From: Bacteroidota bacterium
GTDB lineage: Bacteria > Bacteroidota > Bacteroidia > Bacteroidales > FEN-979
Assembly (NCBI GenBank): GCA_037133475.1
Contig: JBAXOB010000017.1
Span: 5,092-69,091 of the forward strand
DNA length: 64,000 bases
Direction of reading: 5' to 3'
The notes below the pieces were generated by a model. The model saw only the letters and a program-made list of their open reading frames with translations, was not told the DNA's origin and ran no database searches. Both the position numbers and the translations under genes were made by a program. Positions 45,585 through 56,500 of the stretch are shown here, piece after piece; position 1 is the stretch's first letter, and every line of letters starts with the position of its first letter.

Positions 45585-46854
45585 GCCTGATCCCCCTGGA
45601 ACCCTTGATCAGGATCGTTTGCTGCGTAATTTTGTGGAATTCAAGCCATAATCTGGCCAGTTCGCTGTCGTGGAAGCAGAGATTCTCCCGCCTGGTATTC
45701 AGCCGGGTGAATACCGGGCCGACAAGGTAAACATTCGGGAATCCAAGGTCGTCGATAAGATCCAGGATAAGCCGGTGTTCGGCGTCGGTGTCGGCTCCAA
45801 GCTCGAGCATATCGCCCAGGATGATTGTTTTATCAGGATAACCGGCCTTCGCAAAGGTGGTCAGGGCAGCCTCCATGCTGCTTGGATTGGCGTTGTAGGC
45901 ATCCATGATCAGGAGATTGCGGGCGGTCTGGGTGACCTGCGACCGGTTGTTGTCGGGCCTGTAGCTTTCAACGGCAGTTTTGATCTTTCTTGGTGAAACA
46001 CCGAAATGTTGACCGATAACGGCGGCAGCCAGAATATTGGAGGCATTGTAGCGGCCGTAGAGTCCTGAGACAATATCATCCCCGCACCCGCCAGTGTATA
46101 GGAGATGCATCCTCACGAAGGGTTCTGCCTCGATATTGGCGGCAACCAGGTCGGCGGGGGCTTTCCCGTAAGTGACCGTGGTGATGCCGGTGGCATGTTC
46201 CTGCAATAATTCATCCTGGTTGTTCAGGAAAACCGTTCCGCCGGTTTCCCTGAGAAACCTGTAAAGCTCTGTTTTGGTGCGGACCACCCCCTGGAAGCCC
46301 CCGAAACCTTCTAGATGGGCCCTCCCGATATTGGTGATCAGTCCGAAGCCGGGCTGCGCGATCCTGCAAAGAAAATCAATCTCCCCGGGATGGTTGGCCC
46401 CCATTTCGATCAGCGCAATTTCGGTTTCCCTCGTCATTTTCAGCAATGTCAATGGCACCCCGATATGGTTGTTCAGGTTGCCTTTGGTGGCGAGGGTATT
46501 GTATTTTTCGGAAAGTACGGCAAAGGCCAGCTCTTTGGTGGTGGTTTTGCCGTTGGTGCCGGTAACGGCGATCACAGGGATATCGAATTGGTTCCGGTGG
46601 TGGGTGGCCAGTTCCTGCAGCGTTTGCAGTACATTGCCGGTAAGGATGCAGCGGGGATCGGATCCATATTCTGCCTCATCCACCACGGCAAAGGCAGCCC
46701 CCTTTTCCAGTGCCGTCAACGCAAAAGCATTCCCGTTAAAGTTATCGCCTTTTAATGCAAAGAACAGGGAGCCAGGCTGAACCTGGCGACTGTCGGTTGA
46801 AATGGCAGGATGTTCCAGAAAAACAGGGTAGAGGGTTTTCAGCAGGTCGGTCAT
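45559..46854 (-). CDS. murF: UDP-N-acetylmuramoyl-tripeptide--D-alanyl-D-alanine ligase
   Basis: VTGTNGKTTTKEL P-loop, GANHPGEI and DAYNANPSSMEAAL. Length 431 aa. Confidence 0.9.
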   Translation of the reverse strand: MTDLLKTLYPVFLEHPAISTDSRQVQPGSLFFALKGDNFNGNAFALTALEKGAAFAVVDEAEYGSDPRCILTGNVLQTLQELATHHRNQFDIPVIAVTGTNGKTTTKELAFAVLSEKYNTLATKGNLNNHIGVPLTLLKMTRETEIALIEMGANHPGEIDFLCRIAQPGFGLITNIGRAHLEGFGGFQGVVRTKTELYRFLRETGGTVFLNNQDELLQEHATGITTVTYGKAPADLVAANIEAEPFVRMHLLYTGGCGDDIVSGLYGRYNASNILAAAVIGQHFGVSPRKIKTAVESYRPDNNRSQVTQTARNLLIMDAYNANPSSMEAALTTFAKAGYPDKTIILGDMLELGADTDAEHRLILDLIDDLGFPNVYLVGPVFTRLNTRRENLCFHDSELARLWLEFHKITQQTILIKGSRGIRLEKLVAEL

Positions 46855-46883
46855 AACGGCGTTGAATGTCAGGACAAAATAAA

Positions 46884-46916
46884 TAAAAAACCCCGTCTCG
46901 TGAACGAAACGGGGTT
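46884..46916 (-). terminator. Rho-independent terminator downstream of gldJ
   Basis: AACCCCGT (46889-46896) pairs with ACGGGGTT (46909-46916). On the minus strand it is followed by TTTTTTATTTATTTT. It lies ~20 nt after the gldJ stop. Confidence 0.75.
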
Positions 46917-46935
46917 GAAATCTTTTGGATAGCGG

Positions 46936-48414
46936 TTATTTTCCCGCGATTGATCCGCCAACACGGGTCATGGCACAGCGGAAGCCGATGGCGTCGGAGG
47001 CGTCATTTTCATCCAGGTAACGGCGTGTTCCGGGGCTCAGGTAATAGGCCTGGTCTTTCCAGTTACCCCCTTTGTAAACGCGGGCATGGTCGCTTACCAG
47101 TGAGCTGACGCCCAATTCGTACATGAGGTTGGTCCCTGAGGAATCTTTGCCGCCGCCCTCTTTCCAAACATTGTTTTCGATATTCGAGGCGAAGTCACCA
47201 TCCAGGTAGTTGATGTTGTCGGCCTTGCGGTAGTTCTTGCGATTCACCGATTCAGCGGTGGTTATATCGCGGTACCTGATATGGCCGAGGCTGTCTTTTT
47301 CCTCAATGGCGCCTGTTGCATTACGAACGGCTGTTTTGAAAACATTTCCGCGGAAGGGACGGAGGTCGGAAACTTCGAAGGAGTTTAACGGACGATAAAC
47401 GTCGAGCACCCATTCGCTTACGTTTCCGGCCATGTTATACAGGCCATAATCGTTGGGGAAGTAAGAGCCACAGCTGGCGGGGATGTCGGAACCGTCGTTC
47501 AGGTTGCCGGCAACGCCCATGTAGTCACCTTTTCCGCGTTTGAAGTTATCCATGAAACTGCCGTAATATCTCGATTCGTTGGTTCTGACGTAATTGCCGT
47601 TCCACGGGTAGTTTTTACGTTCAACCACTCTTTCATAAAGGGTATTCCCGACAAGGCCGAGCGCGGCATATTCCCATTCGGCTTCGGTCGGCAGGCGGTA
47701 CTTGGGCAGGAGAATTCCATCTTCCATTTTGACTTTGCGGGTGCCTGTTCCGTTGGGGTTGAGATCGGGCAGCGCTTTTGCCACGAGTCCTTCATACTGA
47801 CCCGCCAGGTAGGCTTCGGTGTTGAAATTGTTCTCGTTTTTCTGGGCGGGATCCAGCGAGAGGATACCTCTTTTAACGAGGAGCATCTCATTGACCCGGT
47901 CGGTACGCCATTGGCAATAGTCGTTGGCCTGTACCCAGGTAACGCCGACCACAGGGTAGTTGCGGTATGCCGGGTGGCGGAAATAATATTCCACCATGGG
48001 TTCGTTATAGGCCAGTTTTTCACGCCATACCAGGGTGTCTGGCAATGCCTTGCGGTAAACGGCAGGATAGTCGGTCGCATAAACGCGATTCAGCCAGTAA
48101 AGGTATTCGAGGTAGTAAAGGTTGCTTACCTCGGTTTCATCCATATAGAAACTGGATACCGTTACCCTTCTCGGACTGTTGTTCCATTCAAACATCACGT
48201 CATCCTGGGTGCTGCCCATGGCAAATGTCCCGCCTTCGATAAAAACGAGGCCGGGGCCGGTCATCTGGTCAGAAAAAGGCCTGACTTCAAATCCGCCGTT
48301 CTTTGAGTTGTTATACTCCCAGCCGGTTGAACGCGAAGCTTCTTTCTTACAGGCTCCAACCAATAGGATGGCTGCAACGAGGGTGCTTACCTGAAATAAT
48401 CTGTTGATTTTCAT
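46936..48414 (-). CDS. gldJ: Gliding motility / T9SS-associated lipoprotein GldJ (formylglycine-generating-enzyme-like fold)
   Basis: Lipobox LLVGAC, then STGWEYNNSKNGGFEV, GPGLVFIEGGTFAMGS and WNNSPRRVTVSSFYMDETEVSN. Its position next to murF and porU/porV matches the arrangement I recall for Flavobacterium johnsoniae. Confidence 0.8.
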   Translation of the reverse strand: MKINRLFQVSTLVAAILLVGACKKEASRSTGWEYNNSKNGGFEVRPFSDQMTGPGLVFIEGGTFAMGSTQDDVMFEWNNSPRRVTVSSFYMDETEVSNLYYLEYLYWLNRVYATDYPAVYRKALPDTLVWREKLAYNEPMVEYYFRHPAYRNYPVVGVTWVQANDYCQWRTDRVNEMLLVKRGILSLDPAQKNENNFNTEAYLAGQYEGLVAKALPDLNPNGTGTRKVKMEDGILLPKYRLPTEAEWEYAALGLVGNTLYERVVERKNYPWNGNYVRTNESRYYGSFMDNFKRGKGDYMGVAGNLNDGSDIPASCGSYFPNDYGLYNMAGNVSEWVLDVYRPLNSFEVSDLRPFRGNVFKTAVRNATGAIEEKDSLGHIRYRDITTAESVNRKNYRKADNINYLDGDFASNIENNVWKEGGGKDSSGTNLMYELGVSSLVSDHARVYKGGNWKDQAYYLSPGTRRYLDENDASDAIGFRCAMTRVGGSIAGK

Positions 48415-48532
48415 CCGTGGAAAATTTTTGCAAACCTACATGAATTACGTCAAAATAGCAAATATTTTGACGAGTTAACGCAGGTTCACGATGACCAATG
48501 AAATAGGATTTACTAACCTTGTAACCATATAA

Positions 48533-49525
48533 CTAAAATCTCGGGCATTTTATTGCCCTTACATGTCTTCTTTTTTCAATGCAGGGGAACTGCCATGATG
48601 CTGATACTTCGTGTGCCCCGCCGGAAACGCTTTTTAATTTGCTGATCGTGAAGTCGTAACTGTATCCCACGCGAAGATTTTTATAATGGATCCCCAGCAT
48701 CGGGATGATCGCATCGGCATTCTCGAAATTATGACGGAACCAAATCCCTCCGACAAAGGGTTCCAGCGTCAGGTACATACCCACATTCAACTGGTGAAAG
48801 GCAAACTGCTGCTGGTACAGGATATTGGGGGAAATGGAAAATTCACGGTCCTCCTCCGAACTCCCGTTGGTACGCAGACTGATCACCGATCCGGCATGAA
48901 CGGTGATCTTCATGGGCAGTTTGGTGGAATTATCGGAATAAAACCCTATTTTGGGCTGTGACAGGTGATCCACCGCGATACCGCCATAGACCAGTTCATC
49001 GTATCCTAGAAATACCCCCGCTGAAAAATCGGGGACCCCCACCGACGGGTTGTCGGGTTGCTTTTCTGCCGTAGGCAGGGTAAATCCTCCCTGCGGATCG
49101 ATCATATCCTCAAAATGCAGGTTCTCCCAGACAAGCCGCCGCTGGTAAAACCCTGCCTTAACACCGCCGCTGGCCTGGAGATGATCTGTCAGGTTGAATT
49201 TGTAAGCGTAAATCAGGCTGATGACGGTCGTGTTGAGGTTTCCGCCACCGGCCCGGTCGGCCGTTACCAGCAAACCCAGCGCACCATGCAGAAAATCAAC
49301 ATACTGATCATAGGAGGCATTGTAGGTGACAAAGGCTTTCCCCAGCCCGGGCCACTGGTTACGGTAATTGGCAATAGCACGCGGGCAAATGGTGATGCCG
49401 GCCATCGCCGGGTTCAGATAAAGCGGATTGGCATAAAACTGTGAAAATTCAGGATCCTGGGCATATGCCCTGCCCAGCAAAAAGGGAAATGCAAACAACA
49501 CGATTACCGCGATTCTTCTGATCAT
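48533..49525 (-). CDS. PorP/SprF-family T9SS outer-membrane protein
   Basis: Signal peptide, then AQDPEFSQFYANPLYLNPAMAG and YRNQWPGLGKAFVTYNASYD. These are the typical N-terminal signatures of the PorP/SprF family. Length 330 aa. Confidence 0.85.
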   Translation of the reverse strand: MIRRIAVIVLFAFPFLLGRAYAQDPEFSQFYANPLYLNPAMAGITICPRAIANYRNQWPGLGKAFVTYNASYDQYVDFLHGALGLLVTADRAGGGNLNTTVISLIYAYKFNLTDHLQASGGVKAGFYQRRLVWENLHFEDMIDPQGGFTLPTAEKQPDNPSVGVPDFSAGVFLGYDELVYGGIAVDHLSQPKIGFYSDNSTKLPMKITVHAGSVISLRTNGSSEEDREFSISPNILYQQQFAFHQLNVGMYLTLEPFVGGIWFRHNFENADAIIPMLGIHYKNLRVGYSYDFTISKLKSVSGGAHEVSASWQFPCIEKRRHVRAIKCPRF

Positions 49526-49721
49526 GTATGGTTGTTGTATCCTGATTAATTAAGGGTTACAATATTACAATTTTTTTGGATATTCCGGAATGAGCGACGA
49601 CAATATTAACTAACAGGTAACGTTAAAAAAGGTAATAAAATATGTTTTGATACAATATTTAAGTCGGGCAGCAACTTTTATGTTGAAAAGAATGTCTTTT
49701 AATAATCCTTGAAACTTTCAG

Positions 49722-52700
49722 ATGGATACAAAAAATAAAATTTTACCGCTCCTTGGTGTCATTCTCTTTTTTTGCCTGATTGCCTTTCCCGGCTTTTCCC
49801 AGGGAACGAAGGTGGAACGCAAATGCACCATTGCCTGGGAACCTCTCAGGCTGGTCACCCGGGGCGACTCCTCGAAGGTTGCCTTTTTTTCCTTTAAGCT
49901 GGCTTCTGTTCGTGCAGAATCGGGCATGCTGCCGGTGTTTTCCCAATCCTTCCCGTTTGACCCGGGTTGCGATTCGGTTGCGGGGATCATCATCAGCAGC
50001 GCTGTTTATGAAGAGTTCAGTGATCCGAATATGAGCCTAGCCAGGGAACTGGATAAAATATCCCCTGAAATTCATCCTGATCACAGCTTATCGGTGACCC
50101 GTAAAAAAACATCCCTGCTGGTATCGCTGGTGCCTCTTCGCAGGAATGCAGCAACGGGCAAGGTTGAGCGGCTTGTCTCTTTTACGCTGGCCTTGGATAT
50201 CACGAGGCGCAAGCAGGTAACCCTATTGAAAACAGCGGCTGCCAATGTATCAAACTCGGTACTTGCCTCCGGTTCCTGGTATAAGTTTGCAGTAGGATCC
50301 AGCGGGATCTTCCGCGTCACCTACGACGACCTTAAAAAAGCGGGGATGAACGTGGCGGGTATCGATCCGCGTAACCTGCGTGTCTATGGCAACGGTGGCG
50401 GGATGCTTCCCGAAGCCAATGCTGCAAGGCGGGTTGACGACCTGAGGGAAAATGCCATCTTTGTTTCGGGGGAGAGCGACGGCGTGTTTAACCCCGGGGA
50501 TTACCTGTTGTTTTACGGTGAGTCGCCCGATAGCTGGGCCTATAACAAAACAGATCACCTGTTCCATCATCAGAAGAATGTCTATACCGACCGCAACTGC
50601 TATTTCATCACGGCCGACCTAGGGCCTGGCAAACGCCTGGGGACAGCAACCTCCACCGCCAAACCGGCTACCAATTACGTAACATCCTTTGAGGATTTTT
50701 CATTTTATGAAAGAAATGATGTGAACCTGATCAAGTCGGGACGGATATGGTGGGACGGGCAGTTTTTCGACATGACCACCTCGCGGAATTACACGTTCAA
50801 TATTCCTAACATAGACAATACCAAACCGGTGACACTCATTGCCGATGTTGCAGGCCGTTCTACGGTCGGCAATACCACCTTTGTGGTTTCGGCGCAGGGC
50901 GCCCCCCTGATGAGTATTGGTATTGATGCCATCACCGGCGGATTCGAGGATAATTATGCCAAGGAAAGATCGGGATCGGCAACCTTCAACACCTCCAACC
51001 CGGTCATAAGCGTGAATTTGAATTTTGTCAGGAGTTCGACCAGCTCTGTCGGATACCTCCACTATCTTGAAATCAATGCAATGCGCCTCCTGAAGATGGC
51101 CGGGCCCCAGATGGTGTTCCGGTCGGTTGCAGGTACCGGGCCGAATAATGTCACCGAATTTACCCTCGACGGGAACGGGCAGAATGTTCAGATCTGGGAT
51201 GTGAGCAATGGCGGGAATATCCTGCAGATGAGCACGGTTCAGAATGGCGGGAATTATTCCTTCAGGGTTGAAACGGATACGTTGCGCCAATTCATCGCTT
51301 TCGACGGCTCCACCTTTCTTGCCCCGGATATTATCGGCAAGGTGGCAAACCAGGACCTGCACGGAGCGCCAGTTGCCGATTACCTCATCGTCACCAGCCC
51401 GGTGTTTGCAGCCCAGGCAGAACGCCTTGCCGCATATCACCGGTTGCATGACAACATGACGGTTTTAGTGGCCCCGCTGGATAAGATCTACAATGAATTC
51501 TCATCAGGTGTTCAGGATATCACCGCCATCCGCGACTTTGTAAGAATGATGTACAACAAGGCCACGGCAGGAAAAGAGCCCAAATATCTCCTCCTGTTCG
51601 GCGATGCCTCCTATGACTTTAAAAGCAGGACCCAGAACAATACCAATTATGTGCCTGCCTATGAATCAGTCGAATCGCTGTCGCCCACCGATTCTTTTGT
51701 CTCGGATGATTATTTCGGGCTGCTGGATCCCGATGAAGGACAGTCCGACACAGGCAGCCTCGATATCGGCGTAGGCCGGTTCCCTGTTTCTTCTGCCGAC
51801 CAGGCCAACAAGGCGGTGGACAAAGTGATCCAATACTGCTCCAACTCCGATACGGTGAAAAACGACTGGAGAAATGTTGTGACTTTTGTCGCCGACGACC
51901 AGAACCTGGGCGGCAACCTGTTTATAGACGATTCGGAAGACCTTGCCGGATCCATCGACACCTACAGCAAGGATTATAATATCGACAAGATCTATTCCGA
52001 TTCCTATACCATGGAATCAACCCCGGGAGGACCCCGTTATCCCGATGTCAATGCCGATATCAACAAACGGGTGGAAAAGGGATGCCTCATCATGAACTAT
52101 GTAGGTCATGGCGGAGAGGTCGGATGGGCGCATGAACGCATCCTGGAGGTGCCGGATATCCAGAACTGGAATAATATTGCCAATTTGCCGGTATTTGTCA
52201 CGGCGACCTGCGAATTCAGCCGCTTTGACGATCCTACCCGTACCTCCGCCGGAGAATGGGTCTTCCTGAATAGTCACGGCGGCGGGATTGCCCTGTTCAC
52301 CACCACCCGGCTGACCTATGCCGGAACCAACAAAACCCTGCTGGTGAACTTTTACAACAATGTCTTTAAAAAAACGGCAGGCAGCTATTTGAAAATGGGA
52401 GATCTGCTGGTTGCCGCTAAAAACAATATGGGCAGTTCGGCGAATATTCATGCCTTCGTATTGCTGGGAGATCCCGCCATACAGATCGCCTATCCCGATC
52501 TTAACGTGGTAACCACCGCCATTAACGGTCACCAGATAACCCTGACGCCTGATACCCTGAAGGCCCTTTCGGAGGTGACGATTGCAGGCGAAGTACGGAA
52601 CGAATCGGGCCAGGTTGCCACCAGTTTTTCGGGGACCATCTTTCCGACGGTCTTTGATAAATCTTCTGAAATATGGACGAAGGCCAACCAGCAGGAGGGC

Positions 52701-53579
52701 CCCCCGGTGAAGTTTTACTTGCGTAAAAACCCTGTCTATAAAGGGAAAGTAAAGGTCACAAACGGACTCTTCCAGTTTTCTTTTCTCGTCCCGAAGGATA
52801 TCGCCTACCAGTTTGGTGTCGGGAAGATCAGCTATTATGCAAAGAGTCCTGAGACGGATGCCAACGGTTACAGCGACAACATCCAGGTGGGCGGGTATAA
52901 CAATCATTCCTCACTCGATACCCAGGGGCCCGACCTGGCCTTGTATATCAACAACCGGAACTTTATCTCGGGAGGAATTACCAGCGAAAACCCTGTTTTA
53001 CTGGCCGATGTTAGCGATTCTTCGGGGGTCAACACCGTGGGAAATGGTATCGGGCATGATCTTACGGCCACGCTCGATAATAAAACGACTACCCCGATGA
53101 TCCTGAACGATTATTATGTGTCAAACCTCGATACCTATAAAAGCGGGAAGATCAGCTACCCGCTGTTTGGTGTGGCCGACGGTCCCCATACCATCGTGGT
53201 TAAAATCTGGGATGTCTATAACAACTCAACGGAGGCCTCCATCGACTTTGTGGTGGTTTCTTCGGCAGAACTTGCCTTTGAACATCTCTTCAACTACCCG
53301 AATCCCATGAAGGACCATACTACCTTTTCGTGGGAAAGCAACCAGGTTAACCAATCCATTGATGTTGAAATCAGTATCTTTACCATAAACGGTATTCCTG
53401 TTAAAACCATCCGGGAGAGGTTAAGCACAAACAGTTTTCATATGGCCTCCGTCCATTGGGATGGCACTCAGGATGATGGGCAAAAAATAGCTTCCGGGTT
53501 ATACCTCTATAAGGCGAAGCTGATCAAAGCCGACGGAACGGTGAAAGGTTTATCCTCAAAGTTGGTGGTTATCCGTTAA
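49722..53579 (+). CDS. porU: T9SS C-terminal signal peptidase/sortase PorU (C25 gingipain-like), copy 1
   Basis: SGSWYKFAVGSSGIFRVTYDDLKKAGM, YLLLFGDASYDFK, NYVGHGGEVGW (catalytic His context), PVFVTATCEFSRFDDP (catalytic Cys context), and a CTD-like end NYPNPMKDHTTFSW...GLYLYKAKL...KLVVIR. Confidence 0.85.
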   Translation: MDTKNKILPLLGVILFFCLIAFPGFSQGTKVERKCTIAWEPLRLVTRGDSSKVAFFSFKLASVRAESGMLPVFSQSFPFDPGCDSVAGIIISSAVYEEFSDPNMSLARELDKISPEIHPDHSLSVTRKKTSLLVSLVPLRRNAATGKVERLVSFTLALDITRRKQVTLLKTAAANVSNSVLASGSWYKFAVGSSGIFRVTYDDLKKAGMNVAGIDPRNLRVYGNGGGMLPEANAARRVDDLRENAIFVSGESDGVFNPGDYLLFYGESPDSWAYNKTDHLFHHQKNVYTDRNCYFITADLGPGKRLGTATSTAKPATNYVTSFEDFSFYERNDVNLIKSGRIWWDGQFFDMTTSRNYTFNIPNIDNTKPVTLIADVAGRSTVGNTTFVVSAQGAPLMSIGIDAITGGFEDNYAKERSGSATFNTSNPVISVNLNFVRSSTSSVGYLHYLEINAMRLLKMAGPQMVFRSVAGTGPNNVTEFTLDGNGQNVQIWDVSNGGNILQMSTVQNGGNYSFRVETDTLRQFIAFDGSTFLAPDIIGKVANQDLHGAPVADYLIVTSPVFAAQAERLAAYHRLHDNMTVLVAPLDKIYNEFSSGVQDITAIRDFVRMMYNKATAGKEPKYLLLFGDASYDFKSRTQNNTNYVPAYESVESLSPTDSFVSDDYFGLLDPDEGQSDTGSLDIGVGRFPVSSADQANKAVDKVIQYCSNSDTVKNDWRNVVTFVADDQNLGGNLFIDDSEDLAGSIDTYSKDYNIDKIYSDSYTMESTPGGPRYPDVNADINKRVEKGCLIMNYVGHGGEVGWAHERILEVPDIQNWNNIANLPVFVTATCEFSRFDDPTRTSAGEWVFLNSHGGGIALFTTTRLTYAGTNKTLLVNFYNNVFKKTAGSYLKMGDLLVAAKNNMGSSANIHAFVLLGDPAIQIAYPDLNVVTTAINGHQITLTPDTLKALSEVTIAGEVRNESGQVATSFSGTIFPTVFDKSSEIWTKANQQEGPPVKFYLRKNPVYKGKVKVTNGLFQFSFLVPKDIAYQFGVGKISYYAKSPETDANGYSDNIQVGGYNNHSSLDTQGPDLALYINNRNFISGGITSENPVLLADVSDSSGVNTVGNGIGHDLTATLDNKTTTPMILNDYYVSNLDTYKSGKISYPLFGVADGPHTIVVKIWDVYNNSTEASIDFVVVSSAELAFEHLFNYPNPMKDHTTFSWESNQVNQSIDVEISIFTINGIPVKTIRERLSTNSFHMASVHWDGTQDDGQKIASGLYLYKAKLIKADGTVKGLSSKLVVIR

Positions 53580-53589
53580 ATGCATATTT

Positions 53590-56500
53590 TTGCAAACCAT
53601 GCGCACTATGTTCAGAAAAAGAATATTCATCCTAGCGGTTTTGCTGCTGCCGGCCATGATTTTTGCAGCATTGCCTCATAAAACCAGCTCAGTGCTTGCC
53701 ACAGGCCATTGGTATAAACTGGCGGTTACCGGGAAGGGTATTCACCGTATCACCTATGATGACCTCCGTTCGATGGGCATCGCCCCGGGAACCCTCGATG
53801 TAACGAAACTGCGTCTGTTCGGAAACGGTTCGGGAATGTTGCCGGAAACAAATTCCATTACCCGCACCGACGACCTGAGGGAGATTGCCATCCAGGTGGC
53901 TGATGGCGGCGACGGACATTTTGATCCGACCGATTATATTCTTTTTTATGGGGAAGATGCTGATAAATGGGGTTACGAAGGCTTTAACAAGTTCTTTTCC
54001 CATACACGGAACCTCTATTCCGACACCACCTACTATTTCCTGAATACCGACCTGGCTGCCGGACGGCGCGTGCAGGTGCAGCCGGCCATTACATCGGCTG
54101 CCAACTACCTGTCGGGCAGGTTTGACGATTACCAGCTCCACGACCTCGACCTGCTGAACCTCATCAAATCGGGCAAGGACTGGTATGGCGAATTTTTCGA
54201 CAATATTAAAAATTCGTGGGACTTCCCCTTTAATTTTCCCAATGCCGACAGTACCAGCCCTGCGAAACTACGGACCTATGTGGCCGCAAATGCCTCTGTG
54301 CCAAGTTATTTTATCGTTTCACAGCATGGGAAAAAAATCGATTCGCTGAAGGTTGACTCCTCAAACCCTGCTGAGTTTACCCAGATTGGGTTTTCAAAGA
54401 TCAAACAAACCTCCATTCCCAACCCGCATCCTGATCAAACCATCAACCTGACCTATCGCCTGCCGGATGTCAATTCGCACGGATGGCTTAATTCCATTGA
54501 GATCAACTGCCCGCGTTACCTTAAATGGGTTACCCCGCAGATGCCCTTCAGGGATTTAACGAGTATCGGCGCCGGTAAGATCACTGAATTTTCAATGCAG
54601 AATGCCAATCCAGCCGTCAGGGTCTGGGATGTCACCAACCCGGTCAGCACCCGGGAGATGGGAACCAGCCTTTCAGGCGGAATTTTAAAGTTCAGGCAAT
54701 TTACCGACAGCCTGCATGAATTTATCGCCTTTGACGGTTCCATGTACCTGCCCGTGAAATGCCTGGGGGAGGTCCCGAACCAGAACCTGCATGCCGACGG
54801 TGTCGTTGACCTGGTCATAGTCACCCATCCGTTGTTCCTGGTGCAGGCCGAACGGCTGGCTGAGTTTCACCGCCAGCATAACAAACTGGGGGTAAAGGTT
54901 GTTACGTCGACCCAGATTTACAACGAATTTTCCTGCGGGCAACCCGATCCGACAGCCATCCGCGACTATATGAAACTGATCTACGACAAGGCAGCTGCGG
55001 GAACTCCCCCGCGCTACCTGCTCCTCTTCGGCGATGGTTCCTATGATCCGAAAAACCGTGTCCCGGGCAATAACAACATGATCCCCACCTTCCAGTCGCT
55101 TGAATCCCTGAATACAACCAAAACATTCGTTACCGACGACTATTTCGGGATCATGGGTGACAATTTCGGCCAGGAGGCCAACGGGAAGATCGACCTGGGA
55201 ATAGGCCGGCTGCCTGTTTCCGATACAACCCAGGCAAGAACCATGGTTGACAAGATCATCCACTATTCTTCAGGGGTCTACCCGGTGCAGGCCGACTGGC
55301 GGAATACCATGACCTTTGTGGCCGACGATGAAAACAACAACCTGCATCTCAACCAGGCCGAGGAGCTTACGACCATTGTGGGAACCAAGTACCCCCTGTT
55401 TAACGTCAACAAGATATATTTCGATGCCTATAAATTGGTTGAAATTCCCGGTGGGAGCCGTTTTCCCGATGCCAATGCCGCCATCAACAGCGCCGTAGCA
55501 AAAGGTTCGCTGATCATCAATTATACAGGGCATGGCGGTGAAGCCGGGTGGAGTTTTGAACAGGCGCTGACCACGGCCGATATCAATGCCTGGGACAATT
55601 TTGACAAGCTGCCTGTATTTGTCACCGCAACCTGTGAATTCAGCAGGTTCGACAACCCGGAGCGCTTCACGGCAGGAGAGATGGTAATCCTTCACCCGAA
55701 CGGCGGGGCCATCGCCCTCTATTCAACCACCAGGCTCGCCTTTGCCGGACTGAACATCCTGCTCGATACCTCTTTCTTCCGGCACTTGCGCGATAGGGCT
55801 GCCGATGGCCAGTATGTGAAGATGGGCGACCTGATCCGCATTTCGAAAAACAACAATAACAACAATTTCCAGCTGCGTAATTTCGTGCTGCTTGGCGATC
55901 CGGCCCAGGCCATCGCCTTTTCCGACTATGATATCATCACCGATTCCATCAACGGGGCATCGGCGGGCCACCTCGACACCGTCAGGGGATTATCTACCGT
56001 GACGGTGAAGGGACGCGTGCAAAATGTGAGCGGACAAAAGGTCACCTCTTTCGACGGCATAGTCAATTGCAAGGTGTTCGACAAGCCGATGATCAATACC
56101 ACCCTGGGTAACCGTCCGGGACCCGATGGCTCCTATCCCGAGGAGTTTACCCTCCAGAACAGCGTCCTTTTCCAGGGTGATGTGCCTGTGAAATCAGGTG
56201 CCTTCCAGTTCTCTTTTGTGGTTCCAAGGGGTATCTCACTTCAGTTCGGCAAGGGTAAACTGAGTTACTATGCCTACAACAATGATGCTGACGCATCAGG
56301 ATATTGCGACAAGATCGTCATTGGCGGAAAAGATCCCGCGCAGAGCCCCGAAAACCAGGGACCCGATATCGGGTTGTGGCTCAATGATCACAGTTTCCAT
56401 TCAGGGGCCAATACCTTGCCTTCGCCCGTCATGCTGGCCGAACTTTATGATACCAATGGCATTAACAGTTTCGGGCTGGGTATCGGGCATGAGATTGAGG

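Noticed and set aside
47499-48080. A 193-aa alternative-frame ORF inside gldJ, and a 275-aa one inside the membrane protein gene (59626-60453).
   Set aside because: They are out of frame with well-supported genes and are Pro/Arg/His-rich artefactual translations.
50700-55695. Minus-strand ORFs lie within the two porU genes (50700-51449, 52017-52907, 53689-54141, 54685-55263, 55270-55695).
   Set aside because: They are antisense to long ORFs with conserved PorU/C25 motifs and have no independent support.
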